A stretch of 64,000 nt of DNA from Abditibacterium sp. (GCA_965199495.1 CBDASK010000003.1:3360001-3424000); one strand, 5' to 3'; numbered from the stretch's first letter, positions 1-10,332 are shown. Notes: generated by a model not told the origin, from the letters alone. Numbers and translations: made by a program.

Positions 1-382
1 CGGCGGCGAGGTTTCGATCTGTTGGCTGCAAATCCGCAACTGGTTTTCCCTCACCAAAAATATCTCCGACGCCGAAAAACGCACCGCCGCCGCCAGCGCG
101 GCGGTGTTGGTGCGGCGCCTGTGTCGCGGCATTGATAAAGTCTCGGCGTTGCAAAGCCACGATCCGCCCGGCCTGCATTTTCTGGTGATGATGCCCAGCA
201 CCGGCGTTGCGGGTAAAGCTCTGGAAAAACGTCTGGTCGCGGGCTTTTTGCGCCCCGATTTGCCGGGCATCACGGCGGCACTTCACGCCCGTAGCGCGTT
301 CGCGATTTGTCCCAAAGACGCCAAATCCAGCGAGGAAATATTCGAGTTTTTAGGCGCGCAATTGCGCTTGGAAGAAGACTGA
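1..382 (+). CDS. partial CDS, C-terminal part resembling a degenerate GGDEF-like domain
   Basis: Frame open from window start (GGEVSICWLQ...RGIDKV...FLVMMPST...AICPKDAKSSEEIF); spacing resembles the GGDEF fold but there is no GGDEF motif. Confidence 0.4.
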   Translation, partial: GGEVSICWLQIRNWFSLTKNISDAEKRTAAASAAVLVRRLCRGIDKVSALQSHDPPGLHFLVMMPSTGVAGKALEKRLVAGFLRPDLPGITAALHARSAFAICPKDAKSSEEIFEFLGAQLRLEED

Positions 383-469
383 ATCTGCTCGCCAGTGGCC
401 TAAATAGTTCAGGTCACTGACGCGCGCTATTTTCTGTTATAATTATCGGAGAAATTCCTCCTCCGATCA

Positions 470-2551
470 ATGAAAGCCACCGCGCCTACAGCCGCTCCCG
501 TTGTTCATTCTGCCAGAGAAGTTGACGAGCTTCCCGAACTCAGCGGGCGCGAAGGCGGCGTGACGTTGCGCGTTGTGGTTTTGTGTCTGACGTTAGCCGT
601 AGTTTTTGGCTACGCGTTGCCGGTCATTGATTACAAAATATACAACACGTTTTTGGGCGCCTCGCATCTGCCCGCCGGAGCCATCGGCGTTTTGCTGGCG
701 CTGCTTTTAGTCGTCAATCCGTTGTTAAAATTGTTGCGGCGCACATGGGCATTGTCGCGCAACGAGGCGCTGACGGTTTATATCTCGTGCTTGTTTTCCA
801 GCTTGGTGCCGGGACATGGCAGCGAGAACTTTATTATTCCCAACATCATCGCGCCGTTTTATTATGCGACGCGCGAAAACAAGTGGCTGGAATTTCTGAC
901 GCCCTACGTCAAGCCGTGGCTCACGCCGTCGGTGAACGCGGCGGGCGCGGTTAATAGCGATGTCGTGACCGGTTGGTATCAGGGCTTGCCCGCTGGCGCC
1001 GCAATTCCGTGGGCGGCGTGGCTGGTGCCGCTGGCCTTCTGGATCGGCTTCGTTTTAACGTCCTACGTGATGTTCGGTTGCCTGAGCGTGATACTGCGCG
1101 CGCAGTGGGCAGAGCGCGAGGCGCTGGCGTTTCCCCTGCTCAAATTACCGCTCGCCATGACCGAAGACATGGACGCGCCCGACCAAAACGGCGGCGTCAT
1201 CGGCGATTTTTTTCGCAATCCGATGATGTGGAGCGGTTTCGCCATCGCGGTTTTTATCCAGTTGATGAAGGGCTTGCATCTTTACTTTCCCGACTTTCCC
1301 GATTTCCCGACGGGCATTGATACCGGCCCGCTCTTTTCCGAGGCGCCGTGGAATCAGATGGGCGGTGTGTCCATTAATACTTTTCCGATGGTCGTCGGCA
1401 TCACTTATTTGCTGACATCGGAGATTTCGTTTTCGCTGTGGTTTTTCTTCTGGTTTATGAAATTCCAGAATATCGCCGCCTACGCCGCCGGTTATCCGCC
1501 GGGCACCATGCCGGGCGCCGATGGTTTCCCCGACAAACTTTTCGCGGGCAATCAAATCGGCGGCTGTTATCTGGCTTATGTCGCCTTAATTCTGTGGACG
1601 GGCCGCGAACATTTATGGCACGTCGCGCGGCGCGGGTTGGGCCGAGCCGCAGCCACGCCGGGCGAGTCCACCGAAATGATCTCATATCCTCTGGCGTTTT
1701 GGGGCTTCATGGTTTCGTTTGGCTTGATGATCGGCGCGACGATCGTTTCGGGCGTGCGCTGGGACATCGCCGTCGCGCTGTGGTTGTCTTATTTGGTGTT
1801 GGCGCTGGGCTTGGCGCGCGTGGCTGTCGAGGGCGGTATGCTGGCGTTGCAACATCACACCAACCCTTTGGGCGCCATCGCGCGCCTGCTCAATTCGGGG
1901 CCGAGTCATTGGCTCACGCTGGATAACGGCGTCACCAACGCCGCGTTTTTTCAGGCGGGCATGGTCAACCATATGCGCGGTTTTATCATGCCATCGTTTA
2001 TCCACGGTTTCAAATTGGCGCACGATCACAAGATTCCACGCCGCCCCTTGGGCGCGCTCATCGTGGCGACGGTGCTGATTGCGGTTATCGTCAGTTGGCT
2101 TACCACGGTCAATTTGGGCTACGAAGCGGACGGCGCGCTGAGTTTCGGCCACCATTGGTGGTCGCAGGACGGCCCGCAAATGCCCGCGCAATTCATCAAT
2201 TCGATGATAGGCGGCAATCAGGGTTCATCGTCCGCCGCGTGGTTCTGGCTGGTTTTTGGCGCACTTCTCACTTGGGGCATGATGCTGGCGCGCTCGCGCT
2301 TCATGTGGTTTCCGCTCCACCCCATCGGTTACATCATGTCGCTGAGCTACCCGACGGCAGTTTTCTGGTTCTCGATATTCCTCGGTTGGATGTTCAAAAC
2401 TCTCATCACGCGTTTCGGCGGCGGCGATGCCTATCGTAAAACCATTCCGCTCTTTCTTGGTCTTGCATTGGGCGATGTTTTCATGATTATTTTCTGGCTC
2501 TTCATTGACGGCTGGCAAGGCCGCGTCGGCCATTTGCTGCTGCCGGGATGA
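470..2551 (+). CDS. polytopic membrane protein, putative transporter (DUF6785/DUF6784-like)
   Basis: 693 aa, many hydrophobic helices, motifs QW..RE.L.FPL and WFPLHPIGY. Confidence 0.65.
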   Translation: MKATAPTAAPVVHSAREVDELPELSGREGGVTLRVVVLCLTLAVVFGYALPVIDYKIYNTFLGASHLPAGAIGVLLALLLVVNPLLKLLRRTWALSRNEALTVYISCLFSSLVPGHGSENFIIPNIIAPFYYATRENKWLEFLTPYVKPWLTPSVNAAGAVNSDVVTGWYQGLPAGAAIPWAAWLVPLAFWIGFVLTSYVMFGCLSVILRAQWAEREALAFPLLKLPLAMTEDMDAPDQNGGVIGDFFRNPMMWSGFAIAVFIQLMKGLHLYFPDFPDFPTGIDTGPLFSEAPWNQMGGVSINTFPMVVGITYLLTSEISFSLWFFFWFMKFQNIAAYAAGYPPGTMPGADGFPDKLFAGNQIGGCYLAYVALILWTGREHLWHVARRGLGRAAATPGESTEMISYPLAFWGFMVSFGLMIGATIVSGVRWDIAVALWLSYLVLALGLARVAVEGGMLALQHHTNPLGAIARLLNSGPSHWLTLDNGVTNAAFFQAGMVNHMRGFIMPSFIHGFKLAHDHKIPRRPLGALIVATVLIAVIVSWLTTVNLGYEADGALSFGHHWWSQDGPQMPAQFINSMIGGNQGSSSAAWFWLVFGALLTWGMMLARSRFMWFPLHPIGYIMSLSYPTAVFWFSIFLGWMFKTLITRFGGGDAYRKTIPLFLGLALGDVFMIIFWLFIDGWQGRVGHLLLPG

Positions 2552-2555
2552 TTTT

Positions 2556-2591
2556 CAGGAGACAGGAGACGAGGGAGACAGAAAACAGGAG
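2556..2591. repeat. purine-rich heptamer tandem tract (GGAGACA-like) downstream of the four-helix-bundle gene
   Basis: caggagacaggagacgagggagacagaaaacaggag. Confidence 0.85.
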
Positions 2592-2637
2592 TTTGGCAGT
2601 ATCGGCCTTTAGCGCAGTGGCGAGCGACCTTAGATAT

Positions 2638-3021
2638 TTATGCGGAGCGATTTTCCTGATTCGCCAGAACCGATTTGCGGTAGCCGTAAAGCAAGCGAGA
2701 CACTCCATCCAAATCTTCCGAGAGTTGGCGCGCAATTTCCATTGAAACATATCCAAGTTCGGGAGCTAATATCAAGTAATAGCGGCATTCTTCCAAAGAA
2801 CCTTGAGAGATATTAAGAAATCGCGCTTTATCGAGAGCACTTTCTTTTTTGTAGCCCTCAACGATATTCGCTGGAATTGATACCGCCGCTCGGCGCAACT
2901 GCGAAGTCAAGCCAAACATTTCGTGTTTGGGGAAGTCATTGCTACAACGGTAAATATCCAAGACAAATTGATGCGCCTTTTGCCAGACTAACAAATCTTG
3001 AAATTTTTGTGAAGGTCTCAT
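2638..3021 (-). CDS. four helix bundle protein (23S rRNA IVS-like family)
   Basis: FQDLLVWQKAH...FPKHEMFGLTSQLRRAAVSIPANIVEG...ARFLNISQGSLEE family signature. Confidence 0.92.
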   Translation of the reverse strand: MRPSQKFQDLLVWQKAHQFVLDIYRCSNDFPKHEMFGLTSQLRRAAVSIPANIVEGYKKESALDKARFLNISQGSLEECRYYLILAPELGYVSMEIARQLSEDLDGVSRLLYGYRKSVLANQENRSA

Positions 3022-3028
3022 TTGCAGG

Positions 3029-3213
3029 AAGTATCAGGGGACAGGAGACGGGAGACAAGGGAGACGGGAGACGGGTTGGGCAGGCGTGGCTCGACAGAGA
3101 AACTGTGACCTTGACATGGGCGTTATTTTCAATTTCGCAATTGATCAACCTGTCTCCCGTCTCCTGTAACCAACCCGTCTCCCTTGTCTCCCGTCTTCCG
3201 TCTCCTGATACTT
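3029..3213. repeat. inverted repeat built from GGAGAC(A/G) heptamer units, between the divergent four-helix and cysS genes
   Basis: aagtatcaggggacaggagacgggagacaagggagacgggagacgggttgg (3029-3079) vs ccaacccgtctcccttgtctcccgtcttccgtctcctgatactt (3170-3213); extra pyrimidine tract at 3149-3166. Confidence 0.9.
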
Positions 3214-3218
3214 TCCCC

Positions 3219-4613
3219 GTGCCAGAAATTCAGCTTTACAATACGCTTTCCCGTTCCAAAGAACCCTTGAAACCGCGCACGCCCGGCGAGATTTCGCTTT
3301 ACGTTTGCGGCGTCACGCCCTACGACAAACTTCACATCGGCCACGCGCGCGCGTTTTTGACTTACGACGTTTTGCGTCGCTTTCTCGAATCCAAAGGTTT
3401 GCACGTTCGCCATATCCAAAACGTCACCGATATTGACGATAAAATCATCAATCGCGCGCGCGAAGTCGGGCGCGATCCGCTCGAATTGGCCTCGCAGTTT
3501 CACGAAGATTCTCTGGTCGAACTCGCGCAATTGAACATTTTGCCCGCCAACGAATATCCGCGTGTCACCACGCATATCGCGCCAATTTTGGCGATGGTCG
3601 AAACTTTGGAACAAAAAGGCTATGCCTACGCCGCCGAAGGCGACGTTTATTTCGACGTGAGCAAAGACGACGATTACGGCAAACTCAGTGGCCAGCGCGT
3701 CGAAGAATTGAACGCGGGCGCGCGCATCGAGCCGGGCGACAAGAAAACCGATGCCGCCGATTTCGCCTTGTGGAAAGCCGCCAAACCCGATGAACCGTCG
3801 TGGCCCTCGGCTTATGGCGATGGGCGTCCGGGCTGGCACATCGAATGTTCGGCGATGGCTTTGGAACTGCTCGGCCCCGGCTTCGATATTCATGGCGGCG
3901 CGCGCGAATTAGTTTTTCCGCATCACGAAAACGAAATCGCGCAATCGGAAAGTTTTCTGCCGCACGGCGAAAACTTCGCCAACGTCTGGTGGCACTGCGG
4001 CGAACTGCGCGTCGGCGGCCAGAAAATGAGCAAGTCGCTGCACAACTTCGTCTCGCTCGACAACGCTTTGAACATGGCGCCCAAAAACGTCTGGCGCCTG
4101 TTATTCCTGCAAACGCACCCGCGTTCGCCACTCGATTATTCGCCGTCGGACAAAGAAATTTCGCTAACGGAGCCATCGAAAATTTTGGAACAAGCCAAAA
4201 GTTCGTGGAATCGAATCAACAACGCATTGGGCGAATTGCCGCCCGATGATGCAGCCACGTCTGACGTGGCTGCTGCGTTCGAGGCGCAATTCGATGCTGC
4301 ATTGTGCGACGATTTGAACACGCCCGAAGCTCTGGCGGCGGCGTTCGATGCAGTTTCCGAATACAATCGCGGCGGCGATTTGAGTCTGGCATGGGCGGCG
4401 CGCGGCGCTCTGGAAATGCTCGGCTTTAGCTTTGAAGTCGAAACCATCGGCGACGAATTGACGCCGCAATTGTTGGAATTGTTAATTCAGGTGCGCAACA
4501 GCGCGCGCGAACGGCGCGATTTCAAAGAATCGGATCGGATTCGCGACGGGTTGAAAAATTTGGGCATCGCTCTCGAAGATGGCGCGGATGGGACGAAATG
4601 GAAGCGCGAGTAG
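3219..4613 (+). CDS. cysS: cysteine--tRNA ligase
   Basis: GTG start; YVCGVTPY, HIGH, GRPGWHIECSAM, KMSKS motifs. Confidence 0.97.
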   Translation: MPEIQLYNTLSRSKEPLKPRTPGEISLYVCGVTPYDKLHIGHARAFLTYDVLRRFLESKGLHVRHIQNVTDIDDKIINRAREVGRDPLELASQFHEDSLVELAQLNILPANEYPRVTTHIAPILAMVETLEQKGYAYAAEGDVYFDVSKDDDYGKLSGQRVEELNAGARIEPGDKKTDAADFALWKAAKPDEPSWPSAYGDGRPGWHIECSAMALELLGPGFDIHGGARELVFPHHENEIAQSESFLPHGENFANVWWHCGELRVGGQKMSKSLHNFVSLDNALNMAPKNVWRLLFLQTHPRSPLDYSPSDKEISLTEPSKILEQAKSSWNRINNALGELPPDDAATSDVAAAFEAQFDAALCDDLNTPEALAAAFDAVSEYNRGGDLSLAWAARGALEMLGFSFEVETIGDELTPQLLELLIQVRNSARERRDFKESDRIRDGLKNLGIALEDGADGTKWKRE

Positions 4614-4640
4614 GGGAAATTGGGCGAGGTGGCCTTTTCT

Positions 4641-4710
4641 CCGTGAATTTTGAATTTGCCGTGTCCGCGAAGGCGGATAGTCGCGGACACGGCAAATTCA
4701 AGGTTCACGG
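4641..4710. repeat. 30-bp-arm palindrome between convergent genes (REP-like or bidirectional terminator)
   Basis: ccgtgaattttgaatttgccgtgtccgcga / tcgcggacacggcaaattcaaggttcacgg, 28/30 match, 10-nt loop; right arm contains the SMI1 stop codon. Confidence 0.85.
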
Positions 4711-5459
4711 CTATGGCACAGCCAATTTGCGTAATGCTCTTCGACCAAACCGCACGCGCGGCCCCAGGGCTTGGGCGCAAAAATTTTGGGTCGGCCACTG
4801 GGGTTCACGTTCATAATGCTCAACATTGTCTCGTCAATTGTCAATTGAAGCACGCCCGGTTCGAGCCGCTGATGAATCGTTTCGTGTTCTACGCCCGCTT
4901 TCATCATCGCGTTAATTCGCTCGAAGAGTTCGAGATGGCAGCGCATTGTTCCCAACCACCATTCGTCGAAAGTCGTGGCATAATTTACATCGCCCGCATA
5001 CGGACTAATGCCAGTTTCCCAGCGCGCGTCCCACCAAACTTCGCCCGCGTTCGGCCCCTTAAGCACCAACAGAAAATAGGTCGCGCAACCGTATTCGCCG
5101 ACTTCAATGACGCCGGGAATGGCGCTGTCCCACAATTCGTCGGGCGTCTCGCCGTTGAATGCCGTCGTCTCGGCATAGGGAAAATTTTGGTCGAGTTGCG
5201 GCGCGTCCAAACTCAACGGCGTCACGCCGTAATATGGGCCGGGGCCACCGTTGCCAAGTTCGGTGAGAAAGCGGCGATAAGCTAACGGTAGCACGACTGC
5301 GTAACGGCGCTCGAACGCTTCGACTTGCGCAATTGAAAGCGGCGCCGGGAAGCGGTAATTGTAACGCCCGGCGCCAAAGGCGACGCGGCGGCAGTCCAAC
5401 TTTGTTAATTTGGCGATTAACGTTTTGACCTCAGCGATGAAATCGGCGGAATCGTCCAT
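4698..5459 (-). CDS. SMI1/KNR4 (SUKH) family protein
   Basis: QVEAFERRYAVVLPLAYRRFLTELGNGG.GP.YG and GCA...L...G...GEVW motifs. Confidence 0.85.
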   Translation of the reverse strand: MDDSADFIAEVKTLIAKLTKLDCRRVAFGAGRYNYRFPAPLSIAQVEAFERRYAVVLPLAYRRFLTELGNGGPGPYYGVTPLSLDAPQLDQNFPYAETTAFNGETPDELWDSAIPGVIEVGEYGCATYFLLVLKGPNAGEVWWDARWETGISPYAGDVNYATTFDEWWLGTMRCHLELFERINAMMKAGVEHETIHQRLEPGVLQLTIDETMLSIMNVNPSGRPKIFAPKPWGRACGLVEEHYANWLCHSREP

Positions 5460-5594
5460 GATTTTATTTTAACGCGCGGCGAGACAAGCCGCGAAAGTTC
5501 TAAAATAGGTGCGCGTGGCTGTTTGGTTGGATAATGCGGAATTTCAATTTTTCTATTGGTTGTTTTTGTTGGTTGAGCGCACTAAATTTGTATT

Positions 5595-6623
5595 ATGAAT
5601 TATCATATTTTTCTCCTGTCGCTCGCCTTTGCTGTGCCCGTAGCGGCCTCTGTTCCGGAAAAAACGACGGAGAGCTGGCGACTGGTCGAACTGGTGCACT
5701 TGCGAGACTCCTTGACGAGCATGGGCCAGGTTCCTTACGGCATTACCGCGTCCGATGATTTGGTTGATGTTAACAGCGACAGATACAGCTTGAAAACTGG
5801 CGGTTTAGTCGAACAAATTGGTTTCCCCGCAGGGTTGGGTTCTTGGAATTACGGAATCGACTCCGACTCGGATCCCAATCGCAATCTGTTGGCTTTGTCT
5901 TTACAGGATAACCCGAACCAAACGTGGGCTTACCCGTTTCCGCCGACCGATAACTTCCTCAATTATGGCGATATGACCGTGCGTTTCGCGCCCGCAATAG
6001 ATCGCCTCGTGGTCACGCTCAATGGCACTTACACTCTTTGGAGCGTGCGTTCTCGTCGTTTGGAGCGCCGCGTTCGATTCGTGGATGCAGAAGCGCAACC
6101 CCACGCTTTCGGCCAGACGACGGCGCTTTCGCGCGACGGAAGCACCGTTGTTTATGCGGGTGTGAAGATGATTTTGACGGCCTCGACGCTCACCGGTCAG
6201 GTTTTAAACCGTGTTGCGATGCGGCCTTTAAGCACGAAGTATCTCGATCAGATCATTTTTGTCTCGCCTTTCGGTCGCTACGCGCTCTACGAAGCGCCCG
6301 TTGGGGCGGCTGTTTCGTCTAAAGCGCGCAAACTGACCGTGAGGGACACGCGCACAGGGCGCGCGAAGTGGGGTTTCACTTTGCCGCCCAATACTTCCAA
6401 TTCCTCTCTGGGAGATTGGCAAACCGCTTTCTCGTCCGACGAAACTCAAATCGCGGTGCCCGTGTCCGCACGAAACCTGTGGCGAATCCGCAGTTTACAA
6501 ACCGGCAAAACCATCCGCACCTTGCCACGACTGCGCGGCGCCCAAATCGCCGCCTTTTCGCCCGATAATGGCACGCTTTACTCCGTCGCCAACGGCGTTT
6601 TGTATCGCCAACGCGCGCGCTAA
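5595..6623 (+). CDS. exported WD40/beta-propeller-like protein, paralog 1
   Basis: Signal-peptide-like N-terminus; SRDG/FSSDE/FSPD blades; ends TLYSVANGVLYRQRAR. Confidence 0.75.
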   Translation: MNYHIFLLSLAFAVPVAASVPEKTTESWRLVELVHLRDSLTSMGQVPYGITASDDLVDVNSDRYSLKTGGLVEQIGFPAGLGSWNYGIDSDSDPNRNLLALSLQDNPNQTWAYPFPPTDNFLNYGDMTVRFAPAIDRLVVTLNGTYTLWSVRSRRLERRVRFVDAEAQPHAFGQTTALSRDGSTVVYAGVKMILTASTLTGQVLNRVAMRPLSTKYLDQIIFVSPFGRYALYEAPVGAAVSSKARKLTVRDTRTGRAKWGFTLPPNTSNSSLGDWQTAFSSDETQIAVPVSARNLWRIRSLQTGKTIRTLPRLRGAQIAAFSPDNGTLYSVANGVLYRQRAR

Positions 6624-6645
6624 AATTAAACTTTTGCTACAAATC

Positions 6646-9243
6646 ATGTCCCAAACTAATTCCGACGACGCCAAACCCAAACTCTCGCGCCGCGAATTTG
6701 TGGCCGCGAGCGCGATTTTAGGCGCCGTGGCTGCGACCGATAAATCGTTGCGCGCCGCCCCGCAGCCACGCGCAACGAATGCCGACCTTATGAACGTCAA
6801 AACGCCCGTCGCCAACCGCGCGCCGTTGCTGCCCACGCCGTTTGTCGCGTTGCCGTTGGGTTCGATTCGGGCGCGTGGCTGGTTGCTTACGCAGTTGCAA
6901 TTGCAACGCGACGGTTTGACTGGCCATGCCGACGAACTATTGCCCGCCGTCAAACAATCGGCGTGGCGCGACGGGCAGGGCGAAGATTGGGAAAAAGGGC
7001 CGTATTATCTCAAGGGTTTGGTGCCGCTCGCATATACGCTCGATGATGCCGAGTTGAAAGCGAAAGTTACGAGTTGGATCGAGCCAATTTTGGCATCGCA
7101 GCGCGCGGACGGGTTCTTCGGGCCGACGCAAAACGACGATTGGTGGCCGCGCATGGTGGCGACTTATCTGTTGCGCGACTATGCCGAAGCCACCGGCGAT
7201 GCGCGCATCGAACCGTTTTTGACGCGCTATTATCGGCACATGAGCGAACATTTGCCCGCGCGACCATTGCAACTGTGGGCGACAGCGCGCGCGGGCGACG
7301 AAATTGATACGATTTTCTGGCTCTACAATCGCACCGGCGACGAATTTTTATTGGGTTTGGCCGATTTGCTCCACGATCAAGCAATCGCGTGGACGGATAT
7401 TTTTACCGATAATACATTCGGCGAAAAAGGTTGGATGGAGCAGCACAACGTCAACGTGCCCCAAGCGCTGAAAATGCCGCCGGTTTATTATCAGAAATCG
7501 CACAGCGCACGCGACCGCGCGGCGTTTACCGTTGGATTGGCCAACTTAGATCGCGATCACGGCAGCAGTTTTGGCATCAATAACGGCGCCGAAAAGCTAT
7601 CGGGCCGTTCGCCGGGCGCGGGCGTTGAGACGTGTTCGATTGTCGAAAAATTATTATCTTCCCACACCGCACTACGCATTTTGGGCGACGCGACTATCGG
7701 CGATAACATCGAAATGTTGGCCTTCAATGCTTTGCCCGCCGCGCTTTCGTCCGATATTCACCAGCACGTCTATTACACCATTGCCAATCACGTCAAAGCG
7801 CCGCTGGGCAAGCTGGGTTTCGACGACGATCACGGCGACGACGTGACGCCCGCGCCGCGCGCGGGTTATCCGTGTTGCTGCTACAACTTGCACATGGGCT
7901 GGCCCAAAATCGTCCAGCACAGTTGGGCAGCCACGGCGGACGGCGGTCTGGCTTTGATGATTAATGTGCCCTCGCAAGTGACGGCACGCGTGGCCGATGG
8001 GCGCGTGGCGAACATCGAATGTCAGACCAATTATCCGTTTGAAGAGACGATTAATCTCACCGTGGGCGTAACGGCGATTTTCCCGCTCAAATTGCGCATA
8101 CCGCTTTGGTGCAAAAACGCCCAGATTAGAATTAATGGCAAAGCGCAGGCGCAGCCCCGCGCGGGCGCGTTCGCGACGATTAACCGGCAATGGCGCGATG
8201 GCGACCGTGTTGAATTGACCTTGCCTATGCCGGTTAAAGTTTCGCGCGGCGCGGGTAATTCGGCGTCGGTGACGCGTGGCCCGTTGTTATTTGCGCTGGG
8301 TTTGAACGAAAATTGGCGGGCTTTTGGCGCGGGCGAGCGCGAAGGCGCGCCGGGCTTTGAATCGTATCAGATCGACACCGATTCGTCGTGGAACTGGGCG
8401 CTCGAATTGAACCCAAAAGATGCGGCGCGTTCGTTTGCCATGACCAAAAATGCGATGCCCGAAAATCCGTTTGCGACGGGCCGCGCGCCGATTTCGCTGC
8501 AAGTCAACGCGCGCCGCGTGCCCGATTGGACGATGCGCCCGTCCGACGTGGCTGCCTTCGACCCGCCGCAAAGTCCGGTGGCGACAACAGCCAACACGCA
8601 ACCAATCACGCTCGTGCCATTCGGCTCGCAAATGCTGCGCGTGACCGATTTTCCCGTCGTCGGCACGCCCGCGCAAGCCGCGATTATGCCGCGCGTTTTC
8701 GCGGATAATTTCGACGACGGCCACATTGATGATTGGATTATTTACGGCGGCAACTGGTATGACCGCGATGGCGCTTTGCGTTTGCCAACTCAGCGCGGCG
8801 CCGGAATGATCGTCGCGCCCGCCGCGCGCTTCCGCGATTTCGTGATGGACGCGCAAATTATGCCGACCATTAACGGCGATTTGGGTTTGACATTTCGCAC
8901 CGATAATCCCGGAATGCTTTTGGACGAATATCAGGGTTATTACGTCGGGCTGCGCGCCTTCGATAATCAAGTCGTCATCGGGCGCAGCGATTTCGCTTGG
9001 CAACCGCTGCAATACGCGCCGCTCGAAATGAAGCCGGGCGAACCCTATCAAATGCGCATCGAAGCGCGCGGGCCACAAATTCGTGTTTGGGTTGGCAAAG
9101 AGGCGCCCGCCGATGGAGCCACGCCGACGATTGAGGTGCGCGACGACCGTTATTCCAGCGGCGCGATTGGCATTCGTTGTTACGGCGCCGACGACGGCAA
9201 AGATAAAGCGGGCTTCGCCCGGTTGCGCGTGCGGGCGATTTAA
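6646..9243 (+). CDS. Tat-exported glycoside hydrolase family 127-like protein with C-terminal DUF1080-like domain
   Basis: SRREFV twin-arginine motif; WEKGPY, HNVN, VETC, YPCCCYN, TNYPF, RIPLW, RGPLLF. Confidence 0.85.
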   Translation: MSQTNSDDAKPKLSRREFVAASAILGAVAATDKSLRAAPQPRATNADLMNVKTPVANRAPLLPTPFVALPLGSIRARGWLLTQLQLQRDGLTGHADELLPAVKQSAWRDGQGEDWEKGPYYLKGLVPLAYTLDDAELKAKVTSWIEPILASQRADGFFGPTQNDDWWPRMVATYLLRDYAEATGDARIEPFLTRYYRHMSEHLPARPLQLWATARAGDEIDTIFWLYNRTGDEFLLGLADLLHDQAIAWTDIFTDNTFGEKGWMEQHNVNVPQALKMPPVYYQKSHSARDRAAFTVGLANLDRDHGSSFGINNGAEKLSGRSPGAGVETCSIVEKLLSSHTALRILGDATIGDNIEMLAFNALPAALSSDIHQHVYYTIANHVKAPLGKLGFDDDHGDDVTPAPRAGYPCCCYNLHMGWPKIVQHSWAATADGGLALMINVPSQVTARVADGRVANIECQTNYPFEETINLTVGVTAIFPLKLRIPLWCKNAQIRINGKAQAQPRAGAFATINRQWRDGDRVELTLPMPVKVSRGAGNSASVTRGPLLFALGLNENWRAFGAGEREGAPGFESYQIDTDSSWNWALELNPKDAARSFAMTKNAMPENPFATGRAPISLQVNARRVPDWTMRPSDVAAFDPPQSPVATTANTQPITLVPFGSQMLRVTDFPVVGTPAQAAIMPRVFADNFDDGHIDDWIIYGGNWYDRDGALRLPTQRGAGMIVAPAARFRDFVMDAQIMPTINGDLGLTFRTDNPGMLLDEYQGYYVGLRAFDNQVVIGRSDFAWQPLQYAPLEMKPGEPYQMRIEARGPQIRVWVGKEAPADGATPTIEVRDDRYSSGAIGIRCYGADDGKDKAGFARLRVRAI

Positions 9244-9305
9244 GGTTTGAATTGTGGAAAAGGCGGGGCTACACGGTCTCGTCTTTTCTGTTTATAATTA
9301 GAGCA

Positions 9306-10322
9306 ATGAATCGCCGTTTTCTCATTGCGCTCGCCGCTATTGTTGTTCCCATTCCGCTTCGCTTGGCCCATGCCGCGCCGGACGAGCAGCCCGTTAAAGT
9401 CGCGTTAATTGCTCCGCCCAATGCGAATGGCCATCATCTGGCTGGGCCGGCGATTTCGTTTGGTATACGCGCTTCGGAACACGAAATTATTTTTCCGACA
9501 ATAAATAAGGCCGACGATTTAGAAAGTAAGCTCTTCAACTTCAAAACAAAAACGGTGCGCCCTTTGGAAGCGGAAGGCATCGTCGCTGGCGGTAATGGCG
9601 AGTGGCATTTTGTGGGCGGCGCGGCGCCTTATCTTGCGGTGCGTCAGGGCGCGTCGGCTGAGCGGCCCTACGCATTTCCCGTCGAAGACTTTGAGGAATT
9701 GAACGCGATGCCCACCGATTTATATCAAGATTCGGCGACCGTCGCGGCCAACGATGAGCGTGTCGAAATGGTGGTCGGCGCACACTATTATCGTTGGAAC
9801 GTCAAAACGCGCGCGTTGGAGATGAACGTCAATTGCGATATGGAAAGCGGTTTAGAAAATAAGTCGATTGCGCGCGATGGCGAAAGCATCATCAACGCGG
9901 ATTTAAGTGAAATTAGCGTGCTTTCGACGGAAACTGGCCAATTCACGCGCCACGACAAAGTGCCGCACGCGGGCGCCGATGGCGCTCATATTTCCGCGTT
10001 CGGCGCTTATTGCGTTTACGAACCGGTAACGAACTCGCAAGAGCAAATTTGGTCTGTCCTCGATACAGCCACGGCGGGCGAGCTGTGGAAATTTACGCTC
10101 GATAATTGGCAAAAAGATGTCGTTCTGTTTTCGCCCGACGAAAAATACCTCATCATCGGGCGCGGCGACCGCCAAATCTGGGAATTTCACGATGTCAAAA
10201 CCGGCGAAATCCTGAAGACATTGCCGATGGTTGCAGGCGCCAATTACGCCGCCTTTGCGCCCGATGGCGAAATGCTTTACAGCGTCGCCAATGGCGTGTT
10301 GTATCAACAGAGCGCGCGCTAA
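9306..10322 (+). CDS. exported WD40/beta-propeller-like protein, paralog 2
   Basis: MNRRFLIALAA signal peptide; ends FAPDGEMLYSVANGVLYQQSAR. Confidence 0.75.
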   Translation: MNRRFLIALAAIVVPIPLRLAHAAPDEQPVKVALIAPPNANGHHLAGPAISFGIRASEHEIIFPTINKADDLESKLFNFKTKTVRPLEAEGIVAGGNGEWHFVGGAAPYLAVRQGASAERPYAFPVEDFEELNAMPTDLYQDSATVAANDERVEMVVGAHYYRWNVKTRALEMNVNCDMESGLENKSIARDGESIINADLSEISVLSTETGQFTRHDKVPHAGADGAHISAFGAYCVYEPVTNSQEQIWSVLDTATAGELWKFTLDNWQKDVVLFSPDEKYLIIGRGDRQIWEFHDVKTGEILKTLPMVAGANYAAFAPDGEMLYSVANGVLYQQSAR

Positions 10323-10332
10323 ACTTACGGGC

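Noticed and set aside
2877..3218. 114-aa N-terminal extension of CysS in the ORF track
   Set aside because: It is read-through of the antisense four-helix gene and the heptamer repeats; CysS similarity starts at GTG 3219
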